A stretch of DNA of 64,000 nucleotides from Centruroides vittatus (taxonomy: Eukaryota). Below are positions 62,684-64,000 of the stretch, in pieces. The notes under the pieces are model-generated. The model saw nothing but the letters and a program-made list of their open reading frames with translations, was not told where the DNA came from and made no database searches. A program made the position numbers and the translations under genes. Location of the stretch: contig NW_027122708.1 of the NCBI RefSeq assembly GCF_030686945.1, positions 5,866,248 through 5,930,247 of the forward strand, written 5' to 3'. Numbering within the stretch: position 1 is the stretch's first letter; the number at the start of each line of letters is the position of its first letter.

Positions 62684-63045
62684 TACAGTAGAGAGTCGTT
62701 AATCCGAATCAATTGGAGACTGGGGTTGTTCGGATAACCGATTATGTACGAAAAAATATATTAACCTGTCCGATGTTCAATTTTTTTCCGTTGCGTGTCG
62801 CTTCGTGTTGAATTTTCGTCGATTTTAAGCCCAACGAAAATTTTTGTAATAATGATCGAGGCTATTGTATCGTTAAAAATTATTTCTTTATTTTGTACAA
62901 ACAAAATAAATATATTGAAGAATATAAAAACGAAAATTATACTTTAGAAGTAAATCTAGTATCAAAAACGTTCGATTCAGCACGACACAGTCCGACTGAA
63001 AATCGTTCGGATTACCGGGGTTCGGATTAACGACTCTCTACTGTA
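62684..63045. mobile_element. MITE, TACAGTAGAG-terminus family, TA flanks
   Basis: It starts tacagtagagagtcgttaatccgaatcaattggagactgggg… and ends …ccggggttcggattaacgactctctactgta. Confidence 0.85.
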
Positions 63046-63128
63046 GTTAGGTTTAGTTGTAAACATTTCGAAGTATCAAACACAAATTCGTGTTAATAAC
63101 AACCACTTGGCTTTTTTCCACCTTTATT

Positions 63129-63178
63129 TAGTTGATACGGTACACGTTTCGGGCCTTATGCCCCTCATCAGTCAACAG
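63129..63178 (-). ncRNA. Mirror-image hammerhead ribozyme motif on the minus strand (left arm of the palindrome)
   Basis: It is the exact reverse complement of the 63248..63297 motif. Confidence 0.75.
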
Positions 63179-63247
63179 TTCTTCCCCAGTATGGCACTTG
63201 TACACGGTAAGTTTGGACATTACAAACTGGGAAGAACTGGGGGAGAA

Positions 63248-63297
63248 CTGTTGACTGATGAGGGGCATAAGGCCCGAAACGTGTACCGTATCAACTA
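63248..63297 (+). ncRNA. Type-I hammerhead ribozyme motif: helix I cuGUUGA/UCAACua, core CUGAUGA, helix II GGGGC-AUAA-GGCCC, GAAA, helix III ACG-uguac-CGU, cleavage site GUA|U between 63290 and 63291
   Basis: All 11 conserved core nucleotides are present at canonical spacing (CUGAUGA…GAAA…UH). Helix I has 5-6 bp, helix II 4-5 bp with a GNRA-like loop, and helix III 3 bp. The helix III loop contains the palindromic GUAC, as in dimer-prone PLE-type HHRs. Confidence 0.75.
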
Positions 63298-63409
63298 AAT
63301 AAAGGTGGAAAAAAGCCAAGTGGTTGTTATTAACACGAATTTGTGTTTGATAATTTGTAAACATTTCCTAAAAATAATTATACGTTATATTTTGACATAA
63401 AATTATCAA

Positions 63410-63620
63410 TAGCGAGGTTGAGGCCGAAGTTTTAAACGCGAAAACGTGTACGTCGGGCGTTCAGCGCCGCTTTTCTGTAAGCCTAGAAGTTCGACAATGG
63501 CGTTTGGAATGTCGAGCATGATTCCACTGACTTTCCAAACACCATTGTCAAACAGAAAAGCGGCGCTGAACGTCCGGCGTACACGTTTTCGCGTTTAAAA
63601 CTTCGGCCTCAACCTCGCTA
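63410..63620. repeat. 210-bp GC-rich near-perfect palindrome (67-bp arms plus a 76-bp centre containing a nested 17-bp palindrome)
   Basis: tagcgaggttgaggccgaagttttaaacgcgaaaacgtgtacgtcgggcgttcagcgccgcttttctg…cagaaaagcggcgctgaacgtccggcgtacacgttttcgcgtttaaaacttcggcctcaacctcgcta. The nested palindrome is gacaatggcgtttggaa/ttccaaacaccattgtc. Confidence 0.9.
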
Positions 63621-64000
63621 ATATGAAAGGCATTCGAGACGCATTCGACACAATTGTACAGTACGTTTTAAATGTAAAAATTCATTTTGTGTAATAAATT
63701 ATCTTATTTACAATGCATAAAATATTTTTGTTTTCATTCTTTTAAGAAGTGTAGGCTACAGCAGATTCCACCATAAAAATACCCGAATAACCATCAAAAA
63801 GAAAAACAGCGCATAAAATCATTTGGGTGTACTGTAGATTACCACCTATGGAATTTCAGGACTTTGATTGCATATTTGAACTCAGGGGACCGAGTCGAGT
63901 TCAACGGTACTCTATTTTTGGACCGGAGACGAAAAATAAAAAAGTTATCATACTTTTTAAGTTACCATACTTTTTTAATGCTCTCATGAAGACGGCATCA

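Larger units (their letters stand above)
63056..63371. repeat. 315-bp inverted repeat (arms about 125 bp, spacer about 55 bp) carrying a hammerhead ribozyme motif in each arm
   Basis: The left arm 63061-63185 is the reverse complement of the right arm 63237-63367, with 2-3 mismatches near the outer ends. Confidence 0.9.

Noticed and set aside
1-64000. Prokaryotic-style novel system (defence island, CRISPR array, toxin-antitoxin, operon)
   Set aside because: The window shows eukaryotic hallmarks throughout: GT-AG introns with polypyrimidine tracts, LINE/PLE/MITE content, and about 70% AT. There are no CRISPR-like direct-repeat/spacer arrays, no Shine-Dalgarno-led gene clusters and no bacterial mobile-element features.

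Overview
This window is eukaryotic, AT-rich (about 70% AT) and intron-containing, and probably comes from an arthropod. That guess rests on a chaoptin-like GPI-anchored LRR gene, Penelope-like elements (PLEs), mariner/pogo remnants and Tc1-type MITEs. I see no prokaryotic operon or defence-island structure. Two host genes are supported. The first is the 3' part of a chaoptin-like LRR gene on the + strand (1..3819, three exons, with LRRCT and a GPI-signal tail). The second is a Ro60/TROVE2-like gene on the - strand, spanning at least 8580..39761 and possibly up to 45558. For this gene I phased 10 exons by splice signals and by collinearity with remembered Ro60 (TROVE and vWA regions); its introns are packed with transposons. 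The mobile-element content is as follows. There is one full-length I-superfamily LINE (22977..28044; ORF1 has CCHC knuckles, ORF2 has APE, RT and RNase H). This LINE sits exactly at the centre of a roughly 2x90-bp palindrome. There are five PLE copies or fragments (RT plus GIY-YIG) from at least two families, and two of them are bracketed by long inverted repeats. There are several Tc1/mariner-type MITE families with TA target-site duplications (termini TACAGTAGAG, TACAGTCAAACC, CAGTGGTT and CAGGGTGGGCC), plus foldback elements. A pogo-like and a mariner-like transposase remnant are present, as is a roughly 165-bp repeat family. A possible ancient LTR pair lies 5.1 kb apart. The most unusual structure is at the 3' end. 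It is a 315-bp inverted repeat (63056..63371) carrying two mirror-image canonical type-I hammerhead ribozyme motifs, one per strand. Next to it is a 210-bp GC-rich perfect hairpin that shares the motif cgaaa(a)cgtgtac. All assignments are from reading the sequence and from remembered family motifs; no database search was run.
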